From Octopus bimaculoides (Eukaryota): a DNA stretch of 64,000 nucleotides. Below are positions 1 through 12,851 of this stretch, in pieces. The DNA lies in contig NC_068981.1 of NCBI RefSeq assembly GCF_001194135.2, positions 173,522,036 through 173,586,035 of the forward strand, given 5' to 3'. Positions within the stretch are counted from its first letter, which is position 1, and every line of letters begins with the position of its first letter. Made by a program: the position numbers and the translations under genes. The notes beneath the pieces are model-generated. The model was not told the origin of the DNA, made no database searches, and saw nothing but the letters and a program-made list of their open reading frames with translations.

Positions 1-63
1 TTCATATTTTCCTAAATGTGGTATTTTTTTTCACAAAAAAGAAAGAAAAAAAAGCAATCAATA

Positions 64-203
64 GGCACAGATATGGCAGTGTGGTAAGAAGTTTGTTTCC
101 CAACCACATGGTTCTGAGTTTCAGTTCCACTGTGTGGCACCTTGGGCAAGTGTCCTCTACTATAGTCTTGTGAGTGGATTTGGTAGATGGAAACTGAAAG
201 AAT
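64..203 (+). mobile_element. SINE family A (tRNA-like head + CORE-like domain), 5' part, runs into (TA)n and gap
   Basis: GTGTGGTAAG...GGTTCTGAGTTTCAGTTCCACTGTGTGGCACCTTGGGCAAGTGTC matches the head of the full copies at 18884-19327 and 42822-43202; CCTTGGGCAAGT resembles the CORE-SINE motif (recalled). Confidence 0.8.
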
Positions 204-208
204 TTTGT

Positions 209-253
<45 letters not shown>

Positions 254-1036
254 NNNNNNNNNNNNNNNNNNNNNNNNNNNNNNNNNNNNNNNNNNNNNNN
301 NNNNNNNNNNNNNNNNNNNNNNNNNNNNNNNNNNNNNNNNNNNNNNNNNNNNNNNNNNNNNNNNNNNNNNNNNNNNNNNNNNNNNNNNNNNNNNNNNNNN
401 NNNNNNNNNNNNNNNNNNNNNNNNNNNNNNNNNNNNNNNNNNNNNNNNNNNNNNNNNNNNNNNNNNNNNNNNNNNNNNNNNNNNNNNNNNNNNNNNNNNN
501 NNNNNNNNNNNNNNNNNNNNNNNNNNNNNNNNNNNNNNNNNNNNNNNNNNNNNNNNNNNNNNNNNNNNNNNNNNNNNNNNNNNNNNNNNNNNNNNNNNNN
601 NNNNNNNNNNNNNNNNNNNNNNNNNNNNNNNNNNNNNNNNNNNNNNNNNNNNNNNNNNNNNNNNNNNNNNNNNNNNNNNNNNNNNNNNNNNNNNNNNNNN
701 NNNNNNNNNNNNNNNNNNNNNNNNNNNNNNNNNNNNNNNNNNNNNNNNNNNNNNNNNNNNNNNNNNNNNNNNNNNNNNNNNNNNNNNNNNNNNNNNNNNN
801 NNNNNNNNNNNNNNNNNNNNNNNNNNNNNNNNNNNNNNNNNNNNNNNNNNNNNNNNNNNNNNNNNNNNNNNNNNNNNNNNNNNNNNNNNNNNNNNNNNNN
901 NNNNNNNNNNNNNNNNNNNNNNNNNNNNNNNNNNNNNNNNNNNNNNNNNNNNNNNNNNNNNNNNNNNNNNNNNNNNNNNNNNNNNNNNNNNNNNNNNNNN
1001 NNNNNNNNNNNNNNNNNNNNNNNNNNNNNNNNNNNN

Positions 1037-1089
<53 letters not shown>

Positions 1090-2469
1090 TACATACAACC
1101 AAGAACCACAGTAACAACAAAAATTGATAGACAAATAAAAACACAAAGAAAAAAACTTGTAAAGCCATATGACCAACTTAAAAGAAGCAAAATTTCAATA
1201 TTACCAAAGTTTTAACAAATGTTTTAAAAATATTAAATATAATTACGATATTCAATTAGACTTGCAGAATGATTAAAAGTTTGTGAAGGTAAACACACAG
1301 ATGTCTGAAATATCCATTTTGTTGTTGTTGCTGATACTTTAGCAGAAAATTTGTTAAAATCTAACAAATTAAACTAAATTTTGAGGTTTGGCTCACCAAG
1401 TAGAGTTATAAAAATGTCAATGTTTTAATTTCAATGTTCCGTCCAACCCATGCCAGCATGGAAAACAAATGTTAAACGATGATTATGTTCTTGTCTTTTG
1501 GATTTACAATCTAGGGATGGGGTAGGGACCAGGCTTATCAAGTAAAAAAAAGGACAGACTACTAAAATATTTTGCTTTACTTCACTCACTACCATCAACA
1601 GTACTGGACCATGCATTTGTTGTTACAAATCATCAAAGAATACCACGTACAATATGCTGGATATGTTAGTTTACAAGCTGTTGCTTTTCCGTTTTATGAA
1701 TCTCCTTAAAGAATCCAAGAGAGAGAAAGAGTGAGGAAGTAGGAAGTGTGTGGTGAAGTGGAATAAAGAAAGAATAAATCAAGACAGAGTAGTAAGAAGA
1801 AATAGAGACAAAGAGAATAATGGTGGGGTGGGTTTCCAAAAAACAAAAAAAAAAAAGGATTGATTTGTAAGAAACTTAAATTTATGATTTTAAACAAACA
1901 TCAAGAAAACTCTTTTAAAAATTTCAGTCATGTTTTCTTCCCAATTATTGGTATAAAAATATAAATAAAAATAAAATGAGAGAGAAAAAAAAAAAAATGA
2001 CAAAATACACTTTGGAAAGTAATACTAGATCACTAGAATACTACAACACGGACTACCCACTGTCAAATCTGGAGAGTTATTGATTTTTAGCACAAGCAAC
2101 AACCAACCAATCAATATAAGTGCCAGTGGTAAAGCAGTGAAGAGAAAATTACTATAAGATACAACAGTGAGAGCAAGAGGAGGAGGAGGAGGAGGAGGGA
2201 ATAATTCAGTAAAATTTACAACTAAGACTTGCTGTTGTAAGGCTAATGATGTCAATATTACTACGTCTTTCTCGCCTGCTTATTTAGGTATATTAGTACT
2301 TATCTCACCATTCTAGAGAAATCTAGTTGAATTAAAAGTTACTTATGATTTAATATAATGAATTTGCTTAAACTAATGCTTATTTACAGTTAGGGGGTTG
2401 AGAAAATTGATGCTACTAAAGTATTTCATATCAATCACTTTACAAATTAACCTCATTCTTGGTCGATCC

Positions 2470-5400
2470 AACAAAGTGGCCCCTACATGGTCACTTAAAC
2501 TGCTAAAAATAGCAGCTAAATCTCTCTAAAATCACAACCTTATTCTCTTAAAGAAAGCAGAACACATTGGATATAATATGATCTTAGAAACAGTATATCA
2601 GAATAAAAGCTGAGATAGTTGAGGCTGGAATAGCTATGACCATATGTTTGCTGGTCAGAGCTGACCTGAGGGTAAACTGCTACATTCTTAGTATGAGAAA
2701 ATATTAGCAAGGCATAGAAAAAATGCCTAAAAGATTGCTTTAAAAAATTTGAAAAGAATAGAAAAAATATAACATATAAATATTTTAAAAAATATATTCA
2801 AAGTATAAGATAAACAAGAAACAAGAAAATAACAATATATATACATATATATATACTGAGATAAGTAAGGATAAAAAATTAACTGAAAATTAGTTTCTCA
2901 TTTTGTATCTATCTAATTAAGGATTTCAGTGTTTTTAATGGAATACATTTCCAGCCTGTTGCTTTTACACTTCTAGAAATTACAAACTGTGTCCCAGCAA
3001 ATAAGACAGCCTCTCTGTAATACAGTTGCTTGATCTGCTGAAAATAGCAGCCAATCTCCATCAAATCACACCTAAAGACTTAACAAAAAGGGACACATTG
3101 GATAATATAATCTGGGGGTATACTTTACCTGAAAAAAATATAATGTAAAAATGACAGGGCGGTCATGACTGGAATGCTTTTTATCATAGATCATCTCAGT
3201 CAGGGCCGACTTGGGGTTAAACAACAACAACAACAACAACAATAACAGAATCTAATAAACTTTCTGCAATATGGACCACTGAAAATTCAACAAAGCCGAG
3301 AGTTGTCACAAGATGTTTCAATAGGAAATGGGCAAGGGTGATTAAATTATCATGTGACTACACAGCACATTGGAATAGATGGAGAAAAAATGAGTTAGGA
3401 AATGTATTTATGTAGAAATTGATTGATTTAGTCATTAAGTTACAGTGGTTTTCTTTTGTAATTTATAAAGATGTTCAATCAACTAATATTATAATACTTA
3501 TGACTACTTACTGAAAAAGCTTAGAAAGTAGCTGTCCATTTTTAAGCCTCAGATCTTAACATTTGTTCTTATAATACTTTAGCTGGATATGTTATTTGTA
3601 CTTCATTAACAGGACATAACTGAATGAGAAACAGTGAGTAAGAACATTTAATATAAATGAAATAAATATACGACACCATTCTAATTATTATTCTTATACC
3701 CAGTAACATCCTCATCCCGTTGTCCAACATCTCTCCACTCCTTTAACTTCATCATCACAAACATCTCCACTAGAAATAATAAATAACACAGCTACCACCA
3801 CTACCTCCAGCATTATCATTACTACCACGGCTGATGCTTGCAACATCATCACCATCACTATTATCAGCATGAGCATACTCATCACTATCACAGCTTCCAC
3901 CACCACTACTGCCTTCATCACTAGCACTGCCACCATCAATACTGCCCACCCAATATTATCAATAATTATGCTACCCTACAAACATCTTTCTCTTCCATAC
4001 CCTTCCATAACAATGACTATTCTATTTTTATTTCCAAATACATGTAAATATTACAGTTTTGTAGTAGCCATTCAATCCTACTTAGGACTGCTTAGGATAT
4101 CTAATACAATATTTAGGACATATTTAAAAGAAGATATTTATTTATAATCACTACTGCATAAATATGTAACTTATTTTGTATAGATTTCCTTACGTGTCAT
4201 GGTTGGTTAAATCTGATGTTCTTTGGTATTTACTGGTAAGAAGGAAACATTGGATTTAACTTAGCATCGCACTCAGTAACATAAACATATTGCACTCCCC
4301 AAAAATCAAAATATTAGGAATTAACTACAACTCTTCTACAACATTCACATCGCACATATAAGATATAATAAAAAAAGGGGTGAAATGATGTACAAGCTCA
4401 CCAAAACCAGAAAGAGGCATTACTTTTAATGAACACAAAGGAATAGCAACACTAAAGCACAAACAATACATTAGACCCATCATAGATTATGCCAATTTTA
4501 CCTGCACCCAATCTCTCTGCAACAAGCTACAGAAAACTACAAACTCAAAACCAGATATTGTGCCTTAATGCAGATTGCACACATACCACTAACACAATGA
4601 AAGAAAAATATTCTGTGTCGATAAGGAAGCTTCTATGTAGTTGTTTGACTAGCAAGAAATTGCAGCCAAATTTTCCTCAAATATTACCCTACCATAAAAA
4701 AAAAAAAAGATAACGATACAGGGTATATTAATATTGAATATAATATGCTAGAGATGAATATGGGATAATCACTGAAGCATGGTCAGAAAATTTTTCGTTT
4801 TTTAAAATATTTTAATTTTTTATTTTGCCACAGAAATATTTTTCCATTGCATGTAAACACAGTCAGAGAACGACAACCATGATAAAGCCATGACTCTGCA
4901 GGAAATGGCTTATAAACTGCAGAGGAATAGCAGCTGTTGAACTCTTAGTTAACCTTGCTTGCTTCTACTGTGGTCACTGCACAGAAATAGATGGGATAGT
5001 GGAAAGAGATCAACAAGTGTAGACTGTCATGCTACACTCCACATGAGTCATCACAGTATGGTAGAATGTGCAGCATGGACTTCAGTTAGGTGAAGGCATG
5101 ATATAACTTGAAAGATCTGCACCTCATTGTTTATCCAACTATCTGTGTGCCATAAGTTGACTTGATCAGAGCAGAACTGGGTCTTTACAGCAACAACAAA
5201 AATATTTCAAATGTAAATCCTTTTGTTGCTTTAAACTACAACCATTACGGTACTTGCTGCTACAACCACCCCAAACACCCAGGCACATTTACAACACCCA
5301 AACACATTTGAAACCTTCCAGCTACATTTGCACAACCCAAATACATTAACAGCTCTCCAGAAACATTAACAACAGCATGAAATAAGAAGGAAGCTTCTCT

Positions 5401-7485
5401 ATGGTTACTCAACAAGTTAGAAATAACTACCAAATTTTCCTCAGATCACACCCTACTGTCTTATGAAAGATACATTGAACAATGTACTCTCTGATATATA
5501 AAAAAAATGAGATGGTCATAACTTAGACATCCTTGATCATATGTCTGCTCAGTCAGGGCTGACAAGGAACTGAACAACTATAACAACTACATTGACAAAA
5601 TAGTTACGTGGTAGCCCAACCTGAAAGAGAAACTGCTAAATATCCTTCAAATAACACCTCACCATATTAAAATAAAAAAAAAAGAAAAACCCACATTAGA
5701 TAATATAGTTCTAGATGCATTGTATGCAGCACTTACATGGGATGGTCATAGTTGGAATGTTTAGTTCAGTGAGGGTGAACTGAGCTAAACAACAAAAATA
5801 ACAAAGCTACATCAAAAACATTACCCCCCACAAACCCACCCACCCCATCCACCCACACACACACACAATCCACAAAAATAAAGCATAAAGAATATAAAGA
5901 ACAGCAGCTGTATCAATAACTTCATTAGACCCAAACAATGTTTTGGGATGCTTCCTTGTACCCAGAATTAAATGCATATGAACATTAAATGTAATATACT
6001 AATATATTGATTCCAACTTGCCACTTCTGTTGTGTTCATCCCCCCCCCCCCAGAACTTATTGGTGTATAGACTAGACAGTTGTACAAAATCAACACATTT
6101 GTGCTGCCATATGGTACTTCAGATTTTGGGTAGTTGCAGCTGAAACTGGACATATAACTATGATGTAATAGACTTCATCAATTATTTAAAAGTTGATAAA
6201 AGTAATAATTTAAATTACAACCAAACGTGATAGTAAGCAAATGGTATTGTTAGTTTATCTTTGGGTGGGTGCCAGAAAGTAGAGTTAAACTTTTGGCATG
6301 CTAAGCAAAGACTGACCTTTCTCTTCAGGACTAGAAAATACTTTAGCACCTTATCAACTACTCACTCCCTACAACGCTCATGTGAGACCCACAATGGTGT
6401 CTCCCACATCCGAGACAGTAATTCTGCTATAGACATTCCAGATCATATCTAGAGAAAGGTTACTCAACTGATTGATATGAAGTCACTTATAAACATACCC
6501 CAGCCTCCAACCCACAGACACTGTCTCGCCTCTCTACCTTTTTCTACTATAACTACAATGGCTTCTGCTTTTTGGAGTTGGCTGGTCCTGTGTCACACTC
6601 AATTCACTCACCTCTCCTACTCTCATTATCCCATGTTATGCCCATCTCCCTGCTGCCTTGTGGGGTAATTAACTAAGCTTTTATAAAAAGGTTAAGGGAG
6701 TAAAACCCTAAAGAAAATTCAGAGGGAAGGACCCAAAAGCAGATGGCTTCCTCAGTGATTTCATGCACACTGTAAATATACAGACTAGTTTTTCTATTGT
6801 GGCTTATCCATGAGTGGAGAGGTGGNNNNNNNNNNNNNNACTGTAAATATACAGACTAGTTTTTCTATTGTGGCTTATCCATGAGTGGAGAGGTGGTTAG
6901 TGTACAGGGGCTAGGTATTCACTTCTGGAAACAGCCCATGCACTTGTGAAGGTTAAGTTATTGTTGCTGCAATACTTTTAACCAACGATGAAAAAGGCCA
7001 ACCAGCCTGTCTTCCTGGATTCTGCACTAACCTCCATGCTTAGTTCTATCTTCTCAGAATATTGGCCCTTTGAAATTTTCTCTTTCCATGTGCCTTTCTA
7101 GCAGTGGTTGATTTACAGTGATTTAAGCCAACTGCTGACAGCATCACTCTCTCTTGGAGGACATATAAAGGCTAAGGATATAGCTAATAAAAAAGTCTGT
7201 AACCTTGTAGTAATTCTCGATAATTTTCTCTCTGATACTAACATTTGTAGGAAAGATATTAATGTCACCAGGTCAATGAAAAATGCTATACTAGGTTGCT
7301 TAGCTTGCTAGAAATAACAACCTAATGTCTGTTAAATCATACCCAACCATCTTAGCAAATAGGAAAAAGATATTGGATAAGGCAGTCTGAGATAAACTGT
7401 TTGAAAAGACAAGATGGCCATGGCTAGAAAGCCTTTGGTCATAGGTCAATTCAGTTAGGACTAACTTCACACTAAAAAATAACAG
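2470..7485 (+). mobile_element. Cluster of six decayed copies of SINE-like family C 3' part (approx 2470-2685, 2998-3245, 4620-4735, 5385-5590, 5600-5800, 7280-7485)
   Basis: Recurring CTGCTAGAAATAGCAGCCAAATCT...TCACACCCTA...CATTGGATAAT...GGATGGTCA..GCTGGAATG...GCTGAC, often ending in (AAC)n, e.g. 3221-3245; intervening DNA is not part of the family. Confidence 0.7.
6640..7290 (-). mobile_element. Highly decayed CR1/Jockey-group LINE 3' end (tentative)
   Basis: Minus-strand reading ...FWVLPSEFSLGFYSLNLFIKA*L resembles the WNSLP...Y.LNSFK..L C-terminus of these ORF2s; many stops; contains a 14-N join. Confidence 0.3.
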
Positions 7486-8096
7486 TTAATCCTTCTCAAT
7501 AAATCTGTTTTTTTTTGTATCAAAGAGTGGTAAAATGTGGTGAAAACAATAGTATCTTAAATGGAATACTTTGCTGCATCAAGAGACAGAACTAATTTTT
7601 CTGAGAAAAAATTCCATCATTTAGATACTGTTCTATTTGGAGAGAAATGCAATATTTCTGTAAGAAATATTAAACGATGTTATGAAGCAGAGAAATTCAA
7701 AGATGGCCATAGCAAAATATCTTAATCACTTGAAAGTACCTGTGTTTACACAGCGAAACAAGTTATTCCCTGTAAGAAGTGAAAAAAAAGGTAAGGTGTG
7801 AATAGAACCCCCCCCCCCAAAAAAAAACATATAATATACATACACTGTATTTTAGATATGAATGTAGATGCCCCCATTCCATGTAGTTGATAGTTTCTGT
7901 CACTTAAGTGACCTAATTAGTACTGAGTTGGCTTTTAATTCTTTAAAAAAAAAAAAATTTTTTTATATCACATTTCATGAACAATAGTGTTGTCATTAGT
8001 TACAGGTTTACAATGAAGCAGTGACTGGTTCACTGCATTTAGAATACAAATTAACAATGACAAAGGAGTGCCTGTGCAATTTGTGTCAAATAAATA

Positions 8097-8320
8097 TGTT
8101 GGTTTCAAATTTTGGCACAAGACCAATAACTTTGAGGGAGGAGTAAGTCGACTGCATCAACAACCTCCTCCTCTAGTCCTTGACTGGTACTTGTTTTATC
8201 AACCCCAAAAGGATGAAAGGCAAAGTCAACCTTGATGGAATTTGAACTCAGAATGCATGAACGGATGAAATGCTGCTAAGCATTTGTCTGACATGCTAAT
8301 GATTCTGTCAGCCTGCTGCA
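8097..8320 (-). mobile_element. SINE family B (tRNA-like head, GTCGACTTTGCCTTTCATCC central block), CpG-decayed copy
   Basis: Reverse complement aligns along its length to the young copy at 22285-22490. Confidence 0.8.
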
Positions 8321-8819
8321 CGACACATTTTAGTTCAAAAGCACTAGTTTATCAGTTTTCTTGCTAATGTTTATTTACATCTTTTGCCAACACACAATAG
8401 AGTAAAACACACATATGCACCCCCCCCCCCACCTCCATTTTGTTTTTGCAATGTTTTTTATGCAAGAATCTTGATGTTAAATTGTGGGTTGAGACAGATA
8501 CTGTTCTATTTGGAGAGAAATGCAGATGCATACCAACCAGTACACATGCACAAAAATCTCTCTTGTAACTCTGCACTAGGTAATGTAGACAAGGAAGTCA
8601 ATGGAAAAGCTTTTGTGGTGAAATGAATGATTTTCACAAACCAGTCAATTGACTAATTAATTGATTAATTAGTCAATTAGCAATAAAAAAGAAATGAGTT
8701 ACATCCAGTACCTGTGATTTTATTGGTAGAATGTTATGCCTAAAGTATAACAGTATATATATATATATACATTCACACACACATACGCATACAGATGCAT
8801 ACATACACATATATATATA

Positions 8820-9047
8820 TTGGGTTGTCCGGAAAGTTCGTGCCAATTTATAGTAGCTTATCTTTCGACTTATTTGCCATGAAACCACCTCAATTCTGGG
8901 AAGAGGGTATTTTCAAGTTAAAGGAAAGATGGAGACGCATTGTGCAACAAAATGGTTTATATTTGGTTGATTAAAAATGTAATGGCAAGTATTTATTGAA
9001 ATTTTTCTTTCCTTTAAAAATCAGCACAAACTTTCCAGACAACCCAA
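8820..9047 (+). mobile_element. Mariner-derived MITE (228 bp) with TA target duplication
   Basis: TIRs TA|TTGGGTTGTCCGGAAAGTTCGTGC and GCACAAACTTTCCAGACAACCCAA|TA; interior reads KPPQFWEEGIFKLKERWRRIVQQNGLYLVD*, a mariner transposase C-terminus. Confidence 0.85.
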
Positions 9048-9095
9048 TACATGTATACTATATATGTATGTACATACATATATATTAATTAGCAA

Positions 9096-9400
9096 CAGAG
9101 ACAGTATTTATACAGAGAGGGAATATTTATCCCCACCTAAACGTGAATGTTCTGTTAAAACAAATTATACTGCAGTATACCTCCCCACCAGTGATATATA
9201 GAATAACAGTGCCAGAACAGATGCTGGTGTTGCAATTAGCCAGTGAGCTTGTTAAAAGATATTTATTAGTGACAGAGACAGTATTAATACCAAGAGGTAA
9301 TATTTATCCCCACTTAAACATAGATGTTCTGCTAGAACATGCTATAACTACAGCAGTTACCATAAGAGAAATTCTCATATTGGCTTTTGGTGCCATATTT
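9096..9400 (+). repeat. Two tandem ~175 bp-period units; left arm of an inverted structure
   Basis: ACAGAGACAGTATT...AATATTTATCCCCAC begins near 9096 and again near 9272; segments recur inverted at 10555-10862. Confidence 0.75.
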
Positions 9401-9415
9401 ATTCCCACTCGAATG

Positions 9416-10538
9416 TCATCATCATCATCATCATCGTTTAACGTCTGCTTTCCATGCTAGCATGGGTTGGACGATTTGACTGAGGACTGGTGAAACCGGA
9501 TGGCAACACCAGGCTCCAGTCTGATTTGGCAGAGTTTCTACAGCTGAATGCCCTTCCTAACGCCAACCACTCAGAGAGTGTAGTGGGTGCTTTTACGTGT
9601 CACCCGAACGAAAACGACCACACACGAAATGGTGTCTTTTATGTGCCACCCGCACAAGCCAGTCCAGGGGCACTGGCAACGATCTCGCTCGAAAATCCTA
9701 CAGGAGCCAGTCAGGCGGTACTGGCAACGGCCACGNNNNNNNNNNNNNNNNNNNNNNNNNNNNNNNNNNNNNNNNNNNNNNNNNNNNNNNNNNNNNNNNN
9801 NNNNNNNNNNNNNNNNNNNNNNNNNNNNNNNNNNNNNNNNNNNNNNNNNNNNNNNNNNNNNNNNNNNNNNNNNNNNNNNNNNNNNNNNNNNNNNNNNNNN
9901 NNNNNNNNNNNNNNNNNNNNNNNNNNNNNNNNNNNNNNNNNNNNNNNNNNNNNNNNNNNNNNNNNNNNNNNNNNNNNNNNNNNNNNNNNNNNNNNNNNNN
10001 NNNNNNNNNNNNNNNNNNNNNNNNNNNNNNNNNNNNNNNNNNNNNNNNNNNNNNNNNNNNNNNNNNNNNNNNNNNNNNNNNNNNNNNNNNNNNNNNNNNN
10101 NNNNNNNNNNNNNNNNNNNNNNNNNNNNNNNNNNNNNNNNNNNNNNNNNNNNNNNNNNNNNNNNNNNNNNNNNNNNNNNNNNNNNNNNNNNNNNNNCTAT
10201 CCTCCTCCATTCTCACCACATGTCCATACCAGCGCAATCGTCTCTCTTGCACGCCACAACTGATGCTTCTAATGTTCAGCTTTTCTCTCAAGATACTTAC
10301 ACTCTGACGGGTATTCACATTGACATTACACATCCAACGGAGCATACTGGCTTCATTCCTTGCGAGCTTACGTATGTCCTCAGCAGTTACAGCCCATGTT
10401 TCACTGCCATGTAGCATGGTTGTTCGTACGCATGCGTCATACAGTCTGCCTTTTACTCTGAGTGAGAGTCCCTTTGTCGCCAGCAGGGGTAAGAGCTCTC
10501 TAAACTTTGCCCAGGCTATTCTTATTCTAGCCCAGGCT
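9416..10538 (-). mobile_element. 5'-truncated RTE-clade LINE (RT C-terminal fragment, gap, 3' UTR, (GAT)n tail)
   Basis: 10197-10538 encodes ARIRIAWAKFRELLPLL...LYDACVRTTMLHGSETWAV...EASMLRWMC...RRLRWYGHVVRM (RTE/BovB-like GSETW and LRWYGHV motifs); (CAT)n tail at 9416-9434. Confidence 0.9.
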
Positions 10539-10554
10539 GTAGATAAATATTGAC

Positions 10555-10857
10555 TATGTTGATAGTAAATATCTTTTAACAAGCTCACTGGCTAATTGTA
10601 ATACCAGTGCCTGTTCTGGCACAGTTATTCTAAATATTGCTGGCTGGGAGGTGAATCACTGCTATTTCTAGTGGTCAGGCATCCATTATTGACAAGATCA
10701 AGGAAGGTCGAAATTATGTGATCTGGCGGACTCAGTGCCGGAGGTGTCAGGGATTTATCTTCCTGTTAGCACCAAAAACCAATATGAGAGTTTCTCTCAT
10801 GGTAACTATCACAATATACTTTGATCTAAAAGAACATACCTGTTCAAGTGGGGATAA

Positions 10858-10862
<5 letters not shown>
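10555..10862 (-). repeat. Inverted copy of the 9096-9400 repeat unit (right arm)
   Basis: 33-nt exact reverse-complement match 9233-9265 vs 10566-10598; 9299-9393 matches 10769-10862 with scattered mismatches. Confidence 0.8.
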
Positions 10863-10925
<63 letters not shown>

Positions 10926-11303
10926 CATAATGATTGCTTCATCTTGTCAGATGGTAGCCATTTCACATTCAGTGAACCGAGAAATGAAATGAATAGTGAG
11001 ACAACTGTTTATCATTGAACTTAAGTGACAAAAGCTTGTACAACACTTTTGCCACTCTTTCAGTCACCATAATAGGTTCTAGTGACAAGCATTGTAAGAT
11101 GACTGGTTCTATTTTGACAGCAAGTTTTATGTCAGAATATCTTTCTCGTAGATGAGCTGCCTTTCCTATAATATAGTCAAAAATAATGGGAGCTTTCTCT
11201 ACCTCTGGGCAATCTATTTAACCCATAGATGGGACCCTGACAGATACTACTGGTCCAGATATGAATGGTAGTTAAGAGTTGACTCCACAATCCCCACAAC
11301 TCT

Positions 11304-11430
11304 GGTTTCCATCTACCAAATCTACTCATGAAGCCTTAGACACTTGTCTAAAGTACCCCACTTTGGGGCTAAGCCCCAAACCATGCGGTTGGGAAACAAA
11401 TTTCTTATCACACACAGCCTTACCTGTGCC
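11304..11430 (-). mobile_element. SINE family A, decayed 5' fragment
   Basis: GTTTCCATCTACCAAATCTACTCA...AACCATGCGGTTGGGAAACAAA...CACAGCC, reverse complement of the family A head. Confidence 0.65.
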
Positions 11431-12851
11431 TGCGTATACATGCACACATGCATACATATACATAAATGCATAGACACATATATATCATCATCATCATCGT
11501 TTATATATATATATATATATAAAATTAATAATAATATACATATGTATATAATTATATTAAAGGAGCAATATATATTATTATTAATTTAATGTATAAATTA
11601 CCTATAAATTCTTATAGCATGCTGACTACCTGATAAAAATCATTATATAATTCCAAGAGAGTTAGAGGTTGTGAATCCAACCAACTACGGGATAATATCT
11701 ATCCAATACACTGCTGGTAAAATACCCAATTATTAATACACAAGTGTTGTTTATTGCATGGCAATTACACTACTGAATGTAATAAATAGGCGAAGGTAAA
11801 AAGTTGTTTTGCCCTTAATTTATACGGCAAGAAGAAAATAGAGGGGATCAAGAGGGGGTATTCATCAACTTTTAGACATTATACTATGTCTATTTATTTA
11901 TTTTAAACAATTATAATATACATACATGTTTTACGTATATAAAAATACCAGTAATTATTAGAATATAGAAAGTAGAACAGTTTCTTACAGCTGTTTCAGC
12001 CAAGAGGTCACAGTACTTCACATGTTACTTCCATCCCTTCAATGAACTGTAGTATTTGGTAGACAAAATTAAGGTACTTGGATGTGCCTCTAGGCTTCGT
12101 CAGAGAGTTTAGAAAGTGTGTGTGTGTGTGTGCATGTGTGCACACGTGTGTTTGTTTCTTTAGCTTGACATTGCATCCTATTTATAAATAAACATAACCA
12201 TCCTACAATTGGAGTCCTTTTCTGGCAATCTACAAAGAAAACACATCTAACCATTGTGCTGTTCATGTTTGAAGGACTAGAGAAAATAATTTACTTTGCT
12301 TGGAAACAAGTGAATGTTGGCAACAGGAACAGCATCTGGCAGCAGAAAATTTGCCTCAACAAATTGATCCATTCAATTATGGAAAAGTGTACATTTAAAA
12401 TGACGATGATGATGATAGTGGTGGTGATGATGAATATATAATGTGATGGATCTTATTCTAGTGTTTAAGGTATCGTGCAGCTTTGGTTATAACATTTGTG
12501 TCTCAATCACAAATTCTGTTCAAACAAAATTCGGGATCTGTGAGGCTGGTTAAAAAAAATTCTCATACATTGCATAGCTTCCTGAATGTATAAATCAGTG
12601 AACTGTCCTTGTTTATGGTGCATATTTACAACCAAATGAAATGGACCATCGAGAACTCAGTGTATTTGATATGAACACAAACAGCATTGGAGACAGGATA
12701 TATGTTATTGACACTTAAGATCATGAAAAGATTAATTGGGTGAGTAAATGCATGTATTGCATTCATTTAAAAAAATAATTGGATGCTTTTATGACATTGA
12801 CTTTTTTTTTATTGGGAAAAGGAGTGTGGTATATATATTTTCAAGTTAGAT

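Noticed and set aside
2-1215. Long ORFs spanning N runs (also at 9490-10414, 14344-14850, 23130-23791, 40150-41138, 41603-42031, 45153-45747, 47243-47958, 62893-63426)
   Set aside because: They are open only because Ns and TA/CA repeats contain no stops; these are assembly gaps
1603-1665. Plus-strand exon-like segments (also 6055-6114, 12690-12739, 20826-20865, 21453-21525, 32149-32210)
   Set aside because: One splice site is weak in each, the peptides are not recognisable and they cannot be chained into a protein
2025-2255. 76-aa minus ORF with poly-Pro and a hydrophobic stretch
   Set aside because: Poly-Pro comes from a (GGA)n repeat; no ATG start, splice support or recognisable homology
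3120-3145. TTTTCAG|GTAAAG (minus) and TTTTCCAG|GTAT at 18355-18375; also TTTCCAG|GTAAAC at 54895-54910
   Set aside because: These lie inside SINE or mariner sequence, so they are family features rather than evidence of recursive splice sites
3613-3633. Exon-like unit TAACAG|...|GTGAGT
   Set aside because: Stops in all three frames and no support; at best a non-coding exon
6769-6896. Apparent 57 bp tandem duplication (likewise 16320-16633 and 44720-44833)
   Set aside because: Identical sequence on both sides of a 10-14 N join indicates unmerged contig overlap, not biology
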